A stretch of 64,000 nucleotides of DNA from Eledone cirrhosa (lineage: Eukaryota). The notes beneath the pieces are model-generated. The model saw only the letters and a list, made by a program, of their open reading frames with translations, was not told the origin of the DNA and did no database searches. The stretch is taken from positions 76,756,001 through 76,820,000 of the forward strand of contig OZ024745.1 of the NCBI GenBank assembly GCA_964016885.1, written 5' to 3'. This document shows, one piece after another, positions 27,563 through 46,975 of this stretch. Positions within the stretch are counted from its first letter, which is position 1. The number at the start of each line of letters is the position of its first letter. A program made the translations under genes and the position numbers.

Positions 27563-27920
27563 AAATCCTGGTCTGTTTATTGAATTTGGATTTAAAAAAA
27601 CAAAAATGCAATCTATATGAAAGTGAGGCTGGAGAAAGAAGGAAAGGAAAAATAAAATAAAACCACACATGCAAACACACACACAAAAGCATACATACAC
27701 ACACACATATATATATATATATACATACACTCATACATACACACACACATATATACACACATATATGTGTATATAAATACACACATACACATACATATAC
27801 ACATATATACATACGCACATAAATATCAACACATCCATACATACATATACATATATACAACCACACACGCATATATACACACATACATACATATAGAAAC
27901 ATAAATATACATATATATAC

Positions 27921-27953
<33 letters not shown>

Positions 27954-28135
27954 CAAGTAAATATAAATTAATATATATGATGAAACACAAATACCAACAT
28001 ATCTGTGTTTATATTGTAAAATTGTAATATTATAATTAGTATATTTCATTCTAGCTAACTTAATTTCTTTTACAATATAAACACAGATATGTCGGTATTT
28101 GTGTTTCATCATATATATTAATTTATATTTACTTG
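27954..28135. mobile_element. Foldback MITE with ~68-bp TIRs, TA-flanked (Tc1/mariner-like)
   Basis: CAAGTAAATATAAATTAAT...ATTAATTTATATTTACTTG with one mismatch over the TIR. Half copy at ~51985-52050. Confidence 0.8.
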
Positions 28136-28910
28136 TATTATACGGCTCAGAAATATTTCTTTTCTTTGAGCTATTTCATTGTAAAGGAATGCTTGAGTTT
28201 TGAACTCAATACACTTAATATATATATATATATATATTAGAATGATCGAGTATCGAAAAATCGGCGCACGAGTTCACGATAAACAAAATTCGAAATGAGC
28301 GGCAGAGGGCTCAATAATTCAGATGAATCAGAGCTATAACTATCGTTAAAATACTGTCACACATAGAACAAGTCTAAAATCAACCATACGATAAAAAAAT
28401 CGATAATAGAAGATTCGGGACAATCAGATAAAAAATATCAATAAATCAATAAATCAATAATTTAAATGAATGTAAAATCATACCCGGACCCGCTAATATA
28501 TATATATATATGTACAAGCATACACATACACAAACAGCCAGACACACATACATATACATACATACATACATGCACACAATCATACATATATACACACCTA
28601 CATACATACACATACATAAATGCACTCATCTACATATTCACACACGCAAATAAGTATAAGAAAAAATATATATAAAAAAAATAAAAATATTATAGAGTTG
28701 ACAGCGATACAAACAGACAGCGATATGAACAGACACGCGTGGTAAGTAATACACACAAATGCACGTATACATACGTACGAAATAGTGAATACTTACACAC
28801 ACTCTCACACATAAATATACATATACAAATACATAAACACATACACAAATACATGCACAAACACGTACACACACGTATACAATTATACACACACATATAT
28901 ACACACACAC

Positions 28911-28941
<31 letters not shown>

Positions 28942-29059
28942 AAAATACACACACACATATATATGCATACATACACACACACATATACATACATAGCTAT
29001 ACAATAATACACATACAAATACGTACATATCATAAACACGCACAACCAAATACAAACAA

Positions 29060-29147
<88 letters not shown>

Positions 29148-29355
29148 CGTTTCTGAATTTGTTTAGCAAGATTCTTTATCTGAAATCGTGTGTTGAAACC
29201 GATATTGTTATACTTTGGGAGGGTCATGTTGCCAATAAGAAACACACGCACCAGATGCTTTTACTTCAATTTATTATAATAAATTTATAAATTTAGGAAT
29301 TTATAAATTTCTGGTTGGTTCGTTGGTTCCACAACCAGGTAGTTGTTTATATATT

Positions 29356-29398
29356 GTCAAAGTTCTTTCGTCACACATTCTGTGACCTCTTCAGTGAC
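29356..29398 (-). ncRNA. Type I hammerhead motif (family B)
   Basis: GUCA-CUGAAGA-G-GUCACA-GAAUG-UGUGAC-GAAA-GAAC-UU-UGAC. Confidence 0.7.
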
Positions 29399-29753
29399 TG
29401 GGGATTCTTTTCTTTGTTTTTGTGCCTCTCCTTTGTTCTGTCCTACGCCATTTTGTTTCTCTGTGTGTGTTGTGTGCTCAGTCTGCGCATGCGCCACATC
29501 CGGGTGTCATAGAAAATATGAGTGGAACAGCAACATCACAACTTACAATTAAGGACAAAATGAAAAGACACACGCACATAGAACAAACAACCAACCGGTA
29601 ACATGTAAATAAACAAATAAATAAACGAATATAAACACACACAGACACCCGGATGTGGCGCATGCGCAGACTGAGCACACAACACACACACAGAAACAAA
29701 ATGGCGTAGGACAGAACAAAGGAGAGGCACAAAAACAAAGAAAAGAATCCCCA

Positions 29754-29796
29754 GTCACTGAAGAGATCACAGAATGTGTGACGAAAGAACTTTGAC
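29754..29796 (+). ncRNA. Type I hammerhead motif (family B), one substitution at base of stem II
   Basis: GUCA-CUGAAGA-GA-UCACA-GAAUG-UGUGAC-GAAA-GAAC-UU-UGAC. Confidence 0.6.
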
Positions 29797-29926
29797 AATA
29801 TATAAACAACTACCTGGTTGTGGAACCAACCAACCAACCAAAAATTTATAAATTTATTATAATAAATTGAAGTGAAAGCAACTGGTGCGTGTGTTTCTTA
29901 TTGGCAACATGACCCTCCCAAAGTAT

Positions 29927-29957
<31 letters not shown>

Positions 29958-30074
29958 CGTACATACACACATATGTGTGTGTGTGTAAAACTCAGTCTTA
30001 GATAATTCATATGAACCTTACATATACATATATATAGTAGTAAAGTAATAAAGTAATAAGTAACATAAGGCAAT

Positions 30075-30400
30075 TATTCAGGGTTTGACTTTTTAACCCA
30101 AATATTTTCATTAGTAAAGAGTAAAGTTTTTCTAGCATGAAAGATAATGTCTTCTAATTTAGAAATATTAATGAAGGGTCTTGCAAAATCTAAGGCATTA
30201 GTTAATAAGGAAACAGTAATAGAGGGGTAAAAATCAACAATATCAAATTGGGTAAATCTACACTTATTTTTACCTTGTATATTATTAAACCAAGAAATAA
30301 CAGAGGAAGTATTTAGCCACTGTGATAGGTCAGTGTTAGTTCTAATTTGGAGAATTATTTTTCTTAAGATTTTTTTACTTGCAAGGCCAACCTCGGATTT
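30075..30400 (-). pseudogene. Penelope-like RT fragment (different clade from 44320 ORF, possibly Hydra-type)
   Basis: QWLNTSSVISWF...FTQFDIVDFYPSI...IIFHARKTLLF...WVKK includes RT motif A. Bracketed by inverted pLTR tails at 29945-30077 / 30825-30950. Confidence 0.7.
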
Positions 30401-30949
30401 TACTTGCAAGGCCAACCTGAGATCTTCAGATGCTGTCCTCATCTGAAATCGCATCTGATCTGTAACTGGATTGACACTCCTATGATAAATCAACCGCCTT
30501 GAACTCCTTTCCTGCTCTTTACTTCTGCTACGGTTTTTTTATTTTGCTGAATCTACGTTCTGTACTCTTGTATATATTTTTCTCCCTTATCTCCCTTTAT
30601 ATTTCACCTTTTTCTATGTCTTCCCCCCCCCCCATATATTCTTTTTGCCTTGCCCTTCACATACCTATGTGTATGTATATTTATGTGTATATATATATAT
30701 ATATATACATATATGTATATATGTGGGTGTGTATATATATGTATATGTAGATAGACCAGGGTTTTTTTCATTCTGTAGATTGAAGGCAAAATTTTTTTGC
30801 TTTTAAGAAACCACTGGTGAATGGAATAAATGCCTTATGTTGCTTATTACTTTATTGCTTTACTACTATATATATGTATATGTAAGGTTCATATGAATTA
30901 TCTAAGACTGAGTTTTACACACACACACACATGTATGTGTATATGGACG

Positions 30950-31020
<71 letters not shown>

Positions 31021-31074
31021 GTATGGACACACTAGAAGAGGAAGATATGTATATATATATATATATATATATAC

Positions 31075-31255
31075 ATGGACACACTAGAAGAGGAAGACCA
31101 AGGTTAACATATGTTGATGTCCTAAGGACAGACACTGGTCTGTTGGAGATGCAGGATATGGCAGCGATAATGAGGGACAGAGACCGCTGGAGAGAACTCG
31201 TCCATGGATCTCGGGAATTTTACCCGCCTTAGATAGATAGATAGATAGATATAGA
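31075..31255 (+). mobile_element. RTE-type LINE extreme 3' end with (TAGA)n tail
   Basis: [11 protein letters not shown]...[11 protein letters not shown] followed by (TAGA)n. Confidence 0.6.
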
Positions 31256-31816
31256 TATATATGCATGTGTGTGTGTGTGTTTGTATTTGGTTGTGCGTGT
31301 TTATGATATGTACGTATTTGTATGTGAATAATTGTATAGCTATGTATGTTTATGTGTATGTGTATGTATGCATATATATGTGTGTGTGTATTTTTATATT
31401 TATATATATATATATATATGTATATATAGATGTGTATGTGTATAATTGTATACGTGTTTGTGCATGTATTTGTGTATGTGTATGTATGTGTTTATGTATT
31501 TGTATATGTATATTTATGTGTGAGAGTGTGTGTATGTATTCACTATTTCGTACGTATGTATACGTGCATTTGTGTGTATTACTTACCACGCGTGTCTGTT
31601 CAGCTACCCGCTGATTGTATCGCTGTCAACTCTATAATATTTTTATTTTTTATATATATATTTTTTCTTATACTTATTTGCGTGTGTGAATATATAGAGG
31701 AGTGCATTTATGTATGTGTATGTATGTAGGTGTGTATATATGTATGATTGTGTGCATGTATGTATGTATGTATGTATATGTATGTGTGTATGGCTATGTT
31801 TGTGTATGTGTATGCT

Positions 31817-31875
<59 letters not shown>

Positions 31876-31882
31876 GTATATA

Positions 31883-31935
<53 letters not shown>

Positions 31936-31936
31936 G

Positions 31937-31969
<33 letters not shown>

Positions 31970-32444
31970 GTATATTTATGTTTCTATATGTATGTATGTG
32001 TGTATATATGTGTGTGTGGTTGTATATATGTATATGTATGTATGGATGTGTTGATATTTATGTGCGTATGTATATATGTGTATATGTATGTGTATGTTTA
32101 TATACACATATATGTGTGTATATATGTGTGTGTGTATGTATGAATGTATGTATATATATATATATATATACATACACTCATACATACACACACACATATA
32201 TACATTTATATATAATATATAAGATCAAAAGATGGTTAAAAGAGTTCCATGTATTTTATTATGCGCATTTCAAAAACAAATATCATCATGCAATAACATT
32301 TGTGTTTTCATCAGATAAAATAGGAAGACATGATATGAAGGTTAAAAAACACTTGTGAATCGTGCAGTTTTAAATCAGCATATATGTGCTTCTTATCCGA
32401 TATCTGCATTGCTTTATTGTACTACAATAAAACTCACCTCCTAC

Positions 32445-32548
<104 letters not shown>

Positions 32549-32684
32549 ATGTATGCGTGTTTGTGTGTGTGTTTGCATGTGTGGTTTTATTTTATTTTTC
32601 CTTTCCTTCTTTCTCCAGCCTCACTTTCATATAGATTGAATTTTTGTTTTTTAAAATCCAAATTCAATAAACAGACCAGGATTT

Positions 32685-32744
32685 TTTCATTCTGAGGATT
32701 GAAAGCAAAATCTTTTGCTTTTAAGAAACCACTGGTAAATGGAA
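32685..32744 (+). ncRNA. Type I hammerhead ribozyme motif (family A), intact core
   Basis: Helix I UUUCAUU/AAUGGAA, CUGAGGA, helix II UUGAAAGCAAA/UUUGCUUUUAA, GAAA, helix III ACC/GGU. Predicted cleavage after GUA at 32737. Confidence 0.75.
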
Positions 32745-32785
32745 TAATTGCCTTATGTTGTTTATTACATAACTATATATATATA

Positions 32786-32827
<42 letters not shown>

Positions 32828-32952
32828 GTATATATATTAATAAGAGGAATTCCAACTTTGTCTGATTTACTTGTTTTATTTACAATCCTTTAAAATTTAT
32901 AATGGTATTATAATGAAATAGTATGATAGAATATTAAATTCTAAGTGTTAAT

Positions 32953-32991
32953 TGAACAAGTACTTTCATGCTTTCGCAATCTTCAGGTTCA
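32953..32991 (-). ncRNA. Minimal type I hammerhead motif (family C)
   Basis: UGAAC-CUGAAGA-U-UGC-GAAA-GCA-U-GAA-AGUACU-U-GUUCA. Palindromic helix III (AGUACU) is typical of PLE hammerheads. Confidence 0.75.
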
Positions 32992-33675
32992 TAATATGTG
33001 GTGACAGTCAAGTTTGCAATTTTCAACTGTAATCAGGGAAAAGTGGCTCCAGAATGCTAAATCTTGCAAACTGTATTTCGACCAATCAGTGTGTAGTTTC
33101 ACTGAATTACTAAAGCTGATTGGTTTAAGCGTCACGGCTGGTTGAGCATGTCTAACGACCAATAATTAATCATATCCAAAGCATCAATTGTTTTGCTATT
33201 TTTAGAAATGATGAAAATAGCATTTTCTATTAATCATCACCATCAACATCACTTTTATTATTATTATTATTGTTGTTGTTGTTGTTGTTGTTGTTAGTGG
33301 TCGTAGTCATAGTCATAGTAGAAGTAATACCCCTAAGCGTTATTATTGTTCATTTAGCTTGGGTTTGAATTTATCAATAAAATTCTTTTCTTTGATTCTT
33401 CTCTTGATTTCATTTGGGCTATGTAATTTGTAGAATGGGAATATTATAAATATTCCCTGACCACATGTTGCTAGATGGTTACTTAGGGGTATCTGACGGA
33501 CATTTGGGTCTCTGATTTGTTGACGGTGTACCCGTGCACGTTCCGATAGTGCATTTCCAGTTTGACCGACATATAGTTCTTCACAATTCGGGCATTTAAT
33601 GCAGTAAATTAGATTTCTGCTTTTGCAGTTCATATTTGCATTTGGGAATATTTTTCCAGTTTTTGTTTTCATATA
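32953..33675 (-). mobile_element. Penelope-like (Neptune-like) 3' fragment: GIY-YIG endonuclease plus pLTR
   Basis: ORF 33343-33672 NLIYCIKCPNC...YVGQT...R..H...H...E..FI.KFKPKLN, followed downstream by the hammerhead at 32953-32991. Confidence 0.8.
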
Positions 33676-33677
33676 TT

Positions 33678-36600
33678 GACCGGCGGATAAGGAGTTTTTA
33701 AGTTGTCAAAAAATGCGCATGGTTGGCTATTCAGACCACAAGTTAGTGACCTGCATGGTCAACCTTAACAGAACGCATAGACAGGGACCCGGTTACTGGA
33801 AGCTCAACTTGTCCTTACCGGCAAGTAAGTCTTACAGAGACCGGATTAGCACTTTAGTTAAGGAGCGGTTGACGGGTGCCATCGTCAACAGCAGGTGGTA
33901 GGGATCTCTCAAAAGTGAGATTAGAGTAGTCTCTATAGAATTTAGTAAGGAGTTAGCCTCAAATAGAAATAGGAAGGAAAGGGAGTTGGTAGATAGTGTA
34001 GAAGAGGCAATTGGAAGCGGCGACGTGGCCAGAGTGCTAGCGTCGAGAACGGACTTGGGCCAGTTCTTCGACACGAAGGCTGCATCATCCGAAGCAAAAT
34101 ACGTGCTCTGGGAAACGAGGGGACCGAAGCTGTTAGCTGGGCCCGCGTGACAGAAGCCAAAAGAGGGAGCAGATCCAATATCCGGTCGTTGCGAGACCAG
34201 GATGGACGGGTGATCCTTGAGCCTAAGCAGATGTGCGAGGCTTTTCAAAAGCACTTTGCCAGATTGTTCGGAAGGGGCAGGTAGCCGGTTGGGGAAGTGG
34301 ACTTCGGTCCATACCTTGATGGCCTGCCGCGTCTCTCGGACAGGGAGGCGAAGTCCTGCGAGGAGCCGATTTCAGCCGCTGAGATAGAGGACGTGCTGAG
34401 CCAATGTGGCAAACGCAAATCCCCGGGTCCGATGGTCTTCCTTATGAACTATATCTAGCTATGCCGGACTTGTTCCCCGATCTCCTCGAGGCGGTCTACT
34501 GCAACTGGCAACAGAATGGGAGAATTCCCTGTGCTGTGACCAAGGGCATAGTCATGCTAGTGAGGAAGGACGAGAACAAGGGGGACGATATAAATAATTT
34601 CAGGTCCATAACTCTGCTACATACAGAGTTACAGATTTTGGCCAAGGTGCTAGCAAAGAGGTTGGCGCTTGTCGTGGGCAACCTGGTCGGAGATGCGCAG
34701 ATATGTGCTATCCCGTCCAGGTCCATCCACGACAACCTCCACCTCATGCGATACATCATAGAGAGGGTTGGGAATGAACCTGGCTTTGGTGGGGCCCTGA
34801 TCAACTTGGATCAATCTAAGGCGTTCGATAGGGTCGACCATGGTTACCTGGATGCGGTGCTAGCGGCGGCAGGCTTCGGACCCGTTTTTAGGGGCTGGAT
34901 CAATGCCATGCACAGCAGCCGCATCTGCTCTAGGGTCAAATTGAACGGCTACCTCTCGGAGCCGTTCAAAATCGCGCGGTCCATCCGACAAGGGTGCCCT
35001 CTCTCCTCCCTTCTGTATGTAATGACTCTAGAGCCACTGCTGCGGAAGTTGGAGTTGTTGCAGGGCATCCCGTTGGAACCGGGATTGTGGAAAGCGGTGT
35101 CGGCCTACGCCGATGACGTAACAGTAATGGTGTCGACGGCCTTGGAAATCGGGGCGATCAGCACCTTACTGGAGGAGTACGAAAGGTTTACAGAGGCTAA
35201 GCTGAACCGGGACAAGTTGATCGGTCTGCAACTCGGCACGTGGAGGAGCAGATCGATGCGTTCCGATGGCATCGTCGGGTGCTGGACGGAGGGCCCAGTG
35301 AAGTTGCTCGGGGTCTAGTTCGGACCAGACCTCCAGGTGGAGAAGAACTGGGGTGAGTTAACTAACAGGGTGTTTGCACTGACCCAGAAGTGGGCCGAGT
35401 GCAAACTGTCCCTGAAAGGTCGGGCGGAGGTGGCGAACACTTATATAGCGTCCGTCATCTACTACCGCCTGACCGTTGTGCCTTGCCTAGGGGAAACACT
35501 CGCCAAAATGGAGCACACACTCTTCCAATTCCTTTGGAAGAAATGGGCTCCTATGGTCAGGAGATCCATCTGCTGTCAACACCCTTCGAAAGGAAAGCTG
35601 GGGATGCCGTGGCTAATGATACATAAACACGCATAAAGGCTACGGCACCTCCAGGTATTCCTCACCGGTCAACCGGTGTGGGCTCCGTTTGTGAGGCGAG
35701 CCTTTCCCAGACTCGTCTCACTCACCGAGCTGCAATCCTGGGTCAAGCAAAGACCGAGAAAACTGGGTGCCTGGCACACTGAGTGTGTCAGTGGAGAATC
35801 TACCTCGTCATTTTATAGAGGGCTGGTGGTTAGCAGGTGCGACGACGCCCTCGGAGAAGCCCTAGGCATGGAGGAAGACGAACTGGACAACCTGTTCGGT
35901 AGGACATTCAGCCCGGCACCCATGGATAACTTCCAGAGGTCCCTGGCCTGGCAGTGCTACTGAGGGGCTCTGCCCGTTTGAGAAAGGCTCTACAGACACG
36001 GGCACCCGGGTAGGGACCCCTCGAAAAGATCTGTCCCAGATGCGTGTGCGACGAGGAAACCGTTGCACACGCATTGGTACACTGCTCGGGCATTGCCGAT
36101 CTGTGGGGCTATGTCGAACAACTGCTGTCAAGGGTGGGACCGATCTGGTTGACCACCGAGTTTATTGTAACGATCAAGCCACCTCTCCTCTTCAAAAATG
36201 AAGGAGAGGCGGTGTTTCTGTGCGTAATAGCCATGGCGAAAGAGGTTGTATGGTGGACGCGTCTGAAATGACTGAGGTCAGACACCTTTCTCTCTGGCCA
36301 ACAACTGGTCCGTTTCTTCCGATATCATTTCGGAAGAAGGATCAGGATGGAGAGAGAGGTGCTGCACCCCAGCCGTTTTTATTAAAGATGGGTGAAAGTG
36401 GCGAGAATGGCTCGTGTGAATGGGCCTTCACTCTACATCAGACTATAGGTGACGAAGATGAAAGATCAAGGGAGCACCCCCTCTCTGTGCTCCTGAGGAG
36501 AAGGGTTGCACACTTTTTTTCGGGGGTGTGTGCGACCCCCCAAGGCGCCTCCCCCCTATTGAGGATTTTGTTATAAAATCTATTTTGTTATATTTTATTT

Positions 36601-36712
36601 TATTTTTATACTTTGTTATTGCCTCCTCCTTATTGAGGACGCCTTTTCATGTAAACTCCCCCCATTGTACTTGTCCCACTTTTTGATGTCCTGGTGGCAA
36701 ATAAAAAGAAAA
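33678..36712 (+). mobile_element. L1/Tx1-clade LINE ORF2, 5'-truncated, multiply disrupted
   Basis: Endonuclease end SDH...GYWKLN, RT LDQSKAFDRV, RQGCPLS, YADD, zinc knuckle. Many stops and frameshifts. AATAAA then (ATCT)n. Confidence 0.9.
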
Positions 36713-36736
36713 TTATCTATCTATCTATCTATCTAA

Positions 36737-37113
36737 CTGATTCTTTTTTTCAAATACCACTTTGGAAGAAGAATCAGGATGGAGAGAGAGGTGCTGTACT
36801 CCAGCAAGTTTTATGAAAGGTGGGTGAAAGTGGCGAGAATGGCCTGAGTGAATGAGCCTTCTCTCTATATCAGCCTGTAGGTTGAGGAAAAGGAGGAGAG
36901 GAAAGGAGTACAAACTCTTCATACTCCTGGAGATGAGGGTTGCACATTTTTTCGGGGGTATGTGTTACCCATATGAAATGTTTCCCCCTATTGGGGAAAA
37001 TCGACAAATTTTTTAAATTGCATTTGTGATAACATTTTACACGTTTTTATTGTATGTAAACTTCCCCCTTTGTATTTGTCCCCTTCTTTTGTGCCCCTGT
37101 GGCTAATAAAGAA
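36737..37113 (+). mobile_element. Second Tx1 3' fragment in tandem
   Basis: Homologous to 36310-36712 and flanked by (ATCT)n on both sides. Confidence 0.8.
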
Positions 37114-37481
37114 ACATATCTATCTATCTATCTCTCTATATCTATCTTTCTCTGTCTCCATAACCCAACGGCTTATTTTAAAAATATCCAATACTAACTT
37201 ACCTAAAATTATCCAGGAGCTTCCAACAGTAATGGTTGAATTCTTTAAGGGTATGTTAATATTTATTTATAAAACTGTTCTATATTATATTTTATCTCAT
37301 GAAAGCACACCATAATTTAACTTGGTGTCCTTGAAATATGGATAATGAAATAAATATGGTTTTATAAATATAGTTTCCATTTATTAATATCGTATTTTTA
37401 CTCCAAATATTTGTTGAGTGCTGCTTTATATCAGTTATAAAAATATTTGCTTCTTGTATCCCAACAATTTAAGTAGAACTT

Positions 37482-40597
<3,116 letters not shown>

Positions 40598-40978
40598 AAC
40601 TTTGAATAACTTTGAAATGTTTTGGCCAGTATTGGCCCAGGCCATGTCTAACTTAATAGCACCACCTGGCGAAGTCTTTCAATTCAGGATTTGGGCACCA
40701 TGGCCCATTCGAGAAGAGAATTACTGTTTGCGGAGACATATCCGGGTGTGGGTGGTTTGTCCGGGATTACTTGGAGGAATTTGTCCAAAGACTTCTTGAA
40801 TTTTGTGTGGTCAGTTTCTGTTTTGACGTGTCCTGGTGTGATGTTGAAGAGAGCAGGGCCGATTGAGGTGAAATAATTGTGCCGTATTGTTGTTATGAGT
40901 TGCGATTTAGATTTTTGAATGGGACGGATAGCACGGGGCCCAAGCCTTGGGTGTATCTTGAAGGCGATGCCAACATCA
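40598..40978 (-). mobile_element. CR1/L2-group LINE 3' fragment inside the microsatellite
   Basis: GPALFN...[21 protein letters not shown]...NSLLEW*, ending in a short (TTCAAAGTTA)2-like tail. Confidence 0.65.
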
Positions 40979-44126
<3,148 letters not shown>

Positions 44127-44319
44127 GCGGCGATGAATTAGTTTTGCGAGGTTTTTTATATGAAATCGTGTGTCGAAACAGATATTGTTATATTTGGGGA
44201 GGGTCATATTTGCGTAATATTGCCAGAATTAATAACAGAACACACTCACTATTTGGTTGGTTTTCGCTTCTCGCTGTCTTTTATATATATATATCAACCC
44301 AGCTGACAAAACATATAAG

Positions 44320-46680
44320 ATGGGTAATATCTATCCTACGAGGTTACCCTTTAATAAAAGAGTTTGCATACCACAACAAATAGATGACGAGACGGAGGCA
44401 CAGTTCACCATAGCTAGAAATAAGATTAGACAAGTAGTAGACAGGTACACTATGAGACAGAGCAGACCAGAGGCCCAACAACTTGGGATAAAACCTGTAG
44501 AAGGCTTGGTTAGCCTCAAGCAGCGCACAAGGGATGGTGAGGTAGTGTGTCTACCCACAGATAAGTCTGGTAGGATGTCAATAGATAGCATGCCGAACTA
44601 CATCGAGGCAATGCAACCCCACATCACCAACACGAGCGAAGTTGCACAACTAACACACGATGGGAGAGAAAAAATCCTCAACGCTCACATGATGATGTGG
44701 ACTGACATCCTAAAGCCAAGCAGACGCACTGCCAACAACTTCCAGGCGTCTAACAATGGCATACCACCCTTGTATGGGCTCCGCAAAGACCACAAGACAG
44801 TCGACGACCCGACAACAGGACCACCAACAAGACCTGTATGCGGAGCTAATATAGCTAGCAACTACAGGATCTCCTACTTCCTCTCAATGGTTATACGCCC
44901 CATAATCAAGATGTCCCCAGATGTATGTGAAAGTACAGAGGACCTCCTCAGCAGAATCAGTGAGTGCAACAAAAACAGGAGCCTATCCAACTGCATAATA
45001 GGCAGCATGGATGTGGTGTCACTGTACCCATCCATTAACATTGATTTTGCTGTGAAAAGATGTGTAGAGATGATCATTGAGAGTGAGGTGGAGTTCTGCG
45101 ACGTCGACACAGACGAACTGGGCCTCCTACTTAGACTTACCTACGACACTGACTACCTAGACAGCCATGACCTTAGATGTTTCTGCCCTAGTAGACCTAT
45201 AAGAGGTAGACCCCCCACCATAACCTCAATGGCTAAAAAGACTCCCATAGGAAGGTGGATTGGGTGGACCAAAGCTATACGGACCCCCCAAAACACTGAT
45301 CAGGTAAGAAAAATGGTCGCACATGCAATAGGGGCTAGTATCAAAACTACCCTAAAGGGCCACATATTTAAGTTCAATGAGAAAATCTACACCCAAAATG
45401 AGGGAGCAGCCATCGGCGTCAGCATAGCTGGCGATGTTGCCAACCTTTTCATGGTATGGTGGGAAAGGAGACTTAAAGATCTCCTTAATGAAAGCTCCAT
45501 AGACCTCATCATGTACTCTCGTTATGTAGACGATATCAATATAGTTATAAGAACACCCCCACTAGAGAGCACTAACAAGTTTGATTTAGAACGTAGCACG
45601 ATGGAAAGCATCCAGCAGATAGCTAATTCCATACACCAGAGTATAACTGTAACTATAGACTTCCCTTCCAAACACCCTAACAATAGACTACCTGTATTAG
45701 ACACAGAACTCTGGATTAACACTATAGACGAGAGAGCCCAAATTCTCCACTCACACTATGCTAAACCCATGGCCTCCAAATACCTGATACTCAAAAACTC
45801 AGCAATGTCCAGTAGTGCTAAGTTTAATATTCTGATCGCAGATTTGGTACGAGTGATGAAGAATGTGTCCAGCATGTGCGACCCAACAGAAATGGAAGGA
45901 CACATCCAACACTTCATCAACCGCATGCAGTTCTCTGGCTACAACCAAAGAGACAGAGTCAGAGTATACGAAGGAGCCATGGAAAAGTATAAGACCCTCA
46001 TAGAACTGGACATGAAAGGAATTTGCCCACTATACAGGAGCAAATCATGGAATAGCTTAGATAGGGCTAGACATAAGATAGGGAAGGCCACATCATGGTA
46101 CGACAACCAGAGATATCAGAGTGTCATGTTTGTGGACGCCACCCCTGGAGGGAAATTAGCTAACCAGTGTAGAAAGGCCCTGAGAAAGACCCACTTAAAA
46201 ATAAAGGTGGTAGAAAAGCCAGGAACCACCATAAAATCCCTGATCAGCAAAACCTACCCTTTTAAGAAAACCCACTGTACCAATAGGAAATGTATCATAT
46301 GTAAGGTGAACCCCCGGATAAACTGTAAAACTAGAAACGTAGTCTATAGCATAAGATGTACAGAGGGTACTTGTAGAAACACGACAACAACATACATAGG
46401 TGAGACAGCTCGTAGCATAGGTGAAAGGATAGACCAACACTGGGGGGAACTAAAAGGACGAAAAAACGGGTCAGTACTATACGAACATGCTAGACAACAT
46501 CATGACGGTAACATAGACAACATAGAAATTAGAATAATATCTAAACATAGGAATGACCCAGCAGATAGGCAAATCAGAGAGGCCAGTGAAATAGAAATTA
46601 GAAGACCAAAGCTAAACAGAAAGAATGAGTGGAACAACAACAACACCCAAACAAACAACACTGACCTAAGAGAAGTATAA
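44320..46680 (+). CDS. PLE reverse transcriptase + C-terminal GIY-YIG endonuclease (786 aa from first in-frame ATG; N-terminus probably truncated)
   Basis: [50 protein letters not shown]; Cys linker C-x4-C-x2-C-x7-C; NVVYSIRC...YIGET.R...R..H...H..H...E...LN. No stops. The ORF-track start at 44257 lies in the inverted repeat. Confidence 0.9.
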   Translation: MGNIYPTRLPFNKRVCIPQQIDDETEAQFTIARNKIRQVVDRYTMRQSRPEAQQLGIKPVEGLVSLKQRTRDGEVVCLPTDKSGRMSIDSMPNYIEAMQPHITNTSEVAQLTHDGREKILNAHMMMWTDILKPSRRTANNFQASNNGIPPLYGLRKDHKTVDDPTTGPPTRPVCGANIASNYRISYFLSMVIRPIIKMSPDVCESTEDLLSRISECNKNRSLSNCIIGSMDVVSLYPSINIDFAVKRCVEMIIESEVEFCDVDTDELGLLLRLTYDTDYLDSHDLRCFCPSRPIRGRPPTITSMAKKTPIGRWIGWTKAIRTPQNTDQVRKMVAHAIGASIKTTLKGHIFKFNEKIYTQNEGAAIGVSIAGDVANLFMVWWERRLKDLLNESSIDLIMYSRYVDDINIVIRTPPLESTNKFDLERSTMESIQQIANSIHQSITVTIDFPSKHPNNRLPVLDTELWINTIDERAQILHSHYAKPMASKYLILKNSAMSSSAKFNILIADLVRVMKNVSSMCDPTEMEGHIQHFINRMQFSGYNQRDRVRVYEGAMEKYKTLIELDMKGICPLYRSKSWNSLDRARHKIGKATSWYDNQRYQSVMFVDATPGGKLANQCRKALRKTHLKIKVVEKPGTTIKSLISKTYPFKKTHCTNRKCIICKVNPRINCKTRNVVYSIRCTEGTCRNTTTTYIGETARSIGERIDQHWGELKGRKNGSVLYEHARQHHDGNIDNIEIRIISKHRNDPADRQIREASEIEIRRPKLNRKNEWNNNNTQTNNTDLREV

Positions 46681-46937
46681 ATAAATAAGTAAATTAAATT
46701 AAATAAAATAAGATAAATAAATACATACACAAGCACATAAACACACACTAGTCACCCAGCAGACACAACACTATACACACTAGTCACACATCACACACGC
46801 AAACGCATGCGCAAAGAAGACAAAATAAAATAAGATAAACAAACAAGCAAACAAATAAATAAATATATAGACGGACTGAACAAAAAAAAAAATGGCGTAG
46901 ACATACAACACAACAGGAGGAACAATGAATATAACAC

Positions 46938-46975
46938 CACTGACGATGTTGCAGATGTGCAACGAAAGATTTATG
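46938..46975 (+). ncRNA. Type I hammerhead motif in PLE 3' region
   Basis: CUGACGA-U-GUUGCA-GAUG-UGCAAC-GAA-AGAUUU-A. Helix I is weak (about 2 bp). Confidence 0.55.

Larger units (their letters stand above)
29146..29931. mobile_element. Miniature Penelope-like insertion (family B): inverted 3' end plus 5'-truncated sense copy
   Basis: 29202-29506 is inverted at 29645-29931. The centre encodes RKYEWNSNITTYN*, matching the C-terminus RKNEWNNNN of the 44320-46680 ORF. Confidence 0.8.

Noticed and set aside
44320-46680. Selenocysteine-encoding (Naiad-type) PLE
   Set aside because: No in-frame UGA, and the endonuclease is C-terminal rather than N-terminal.
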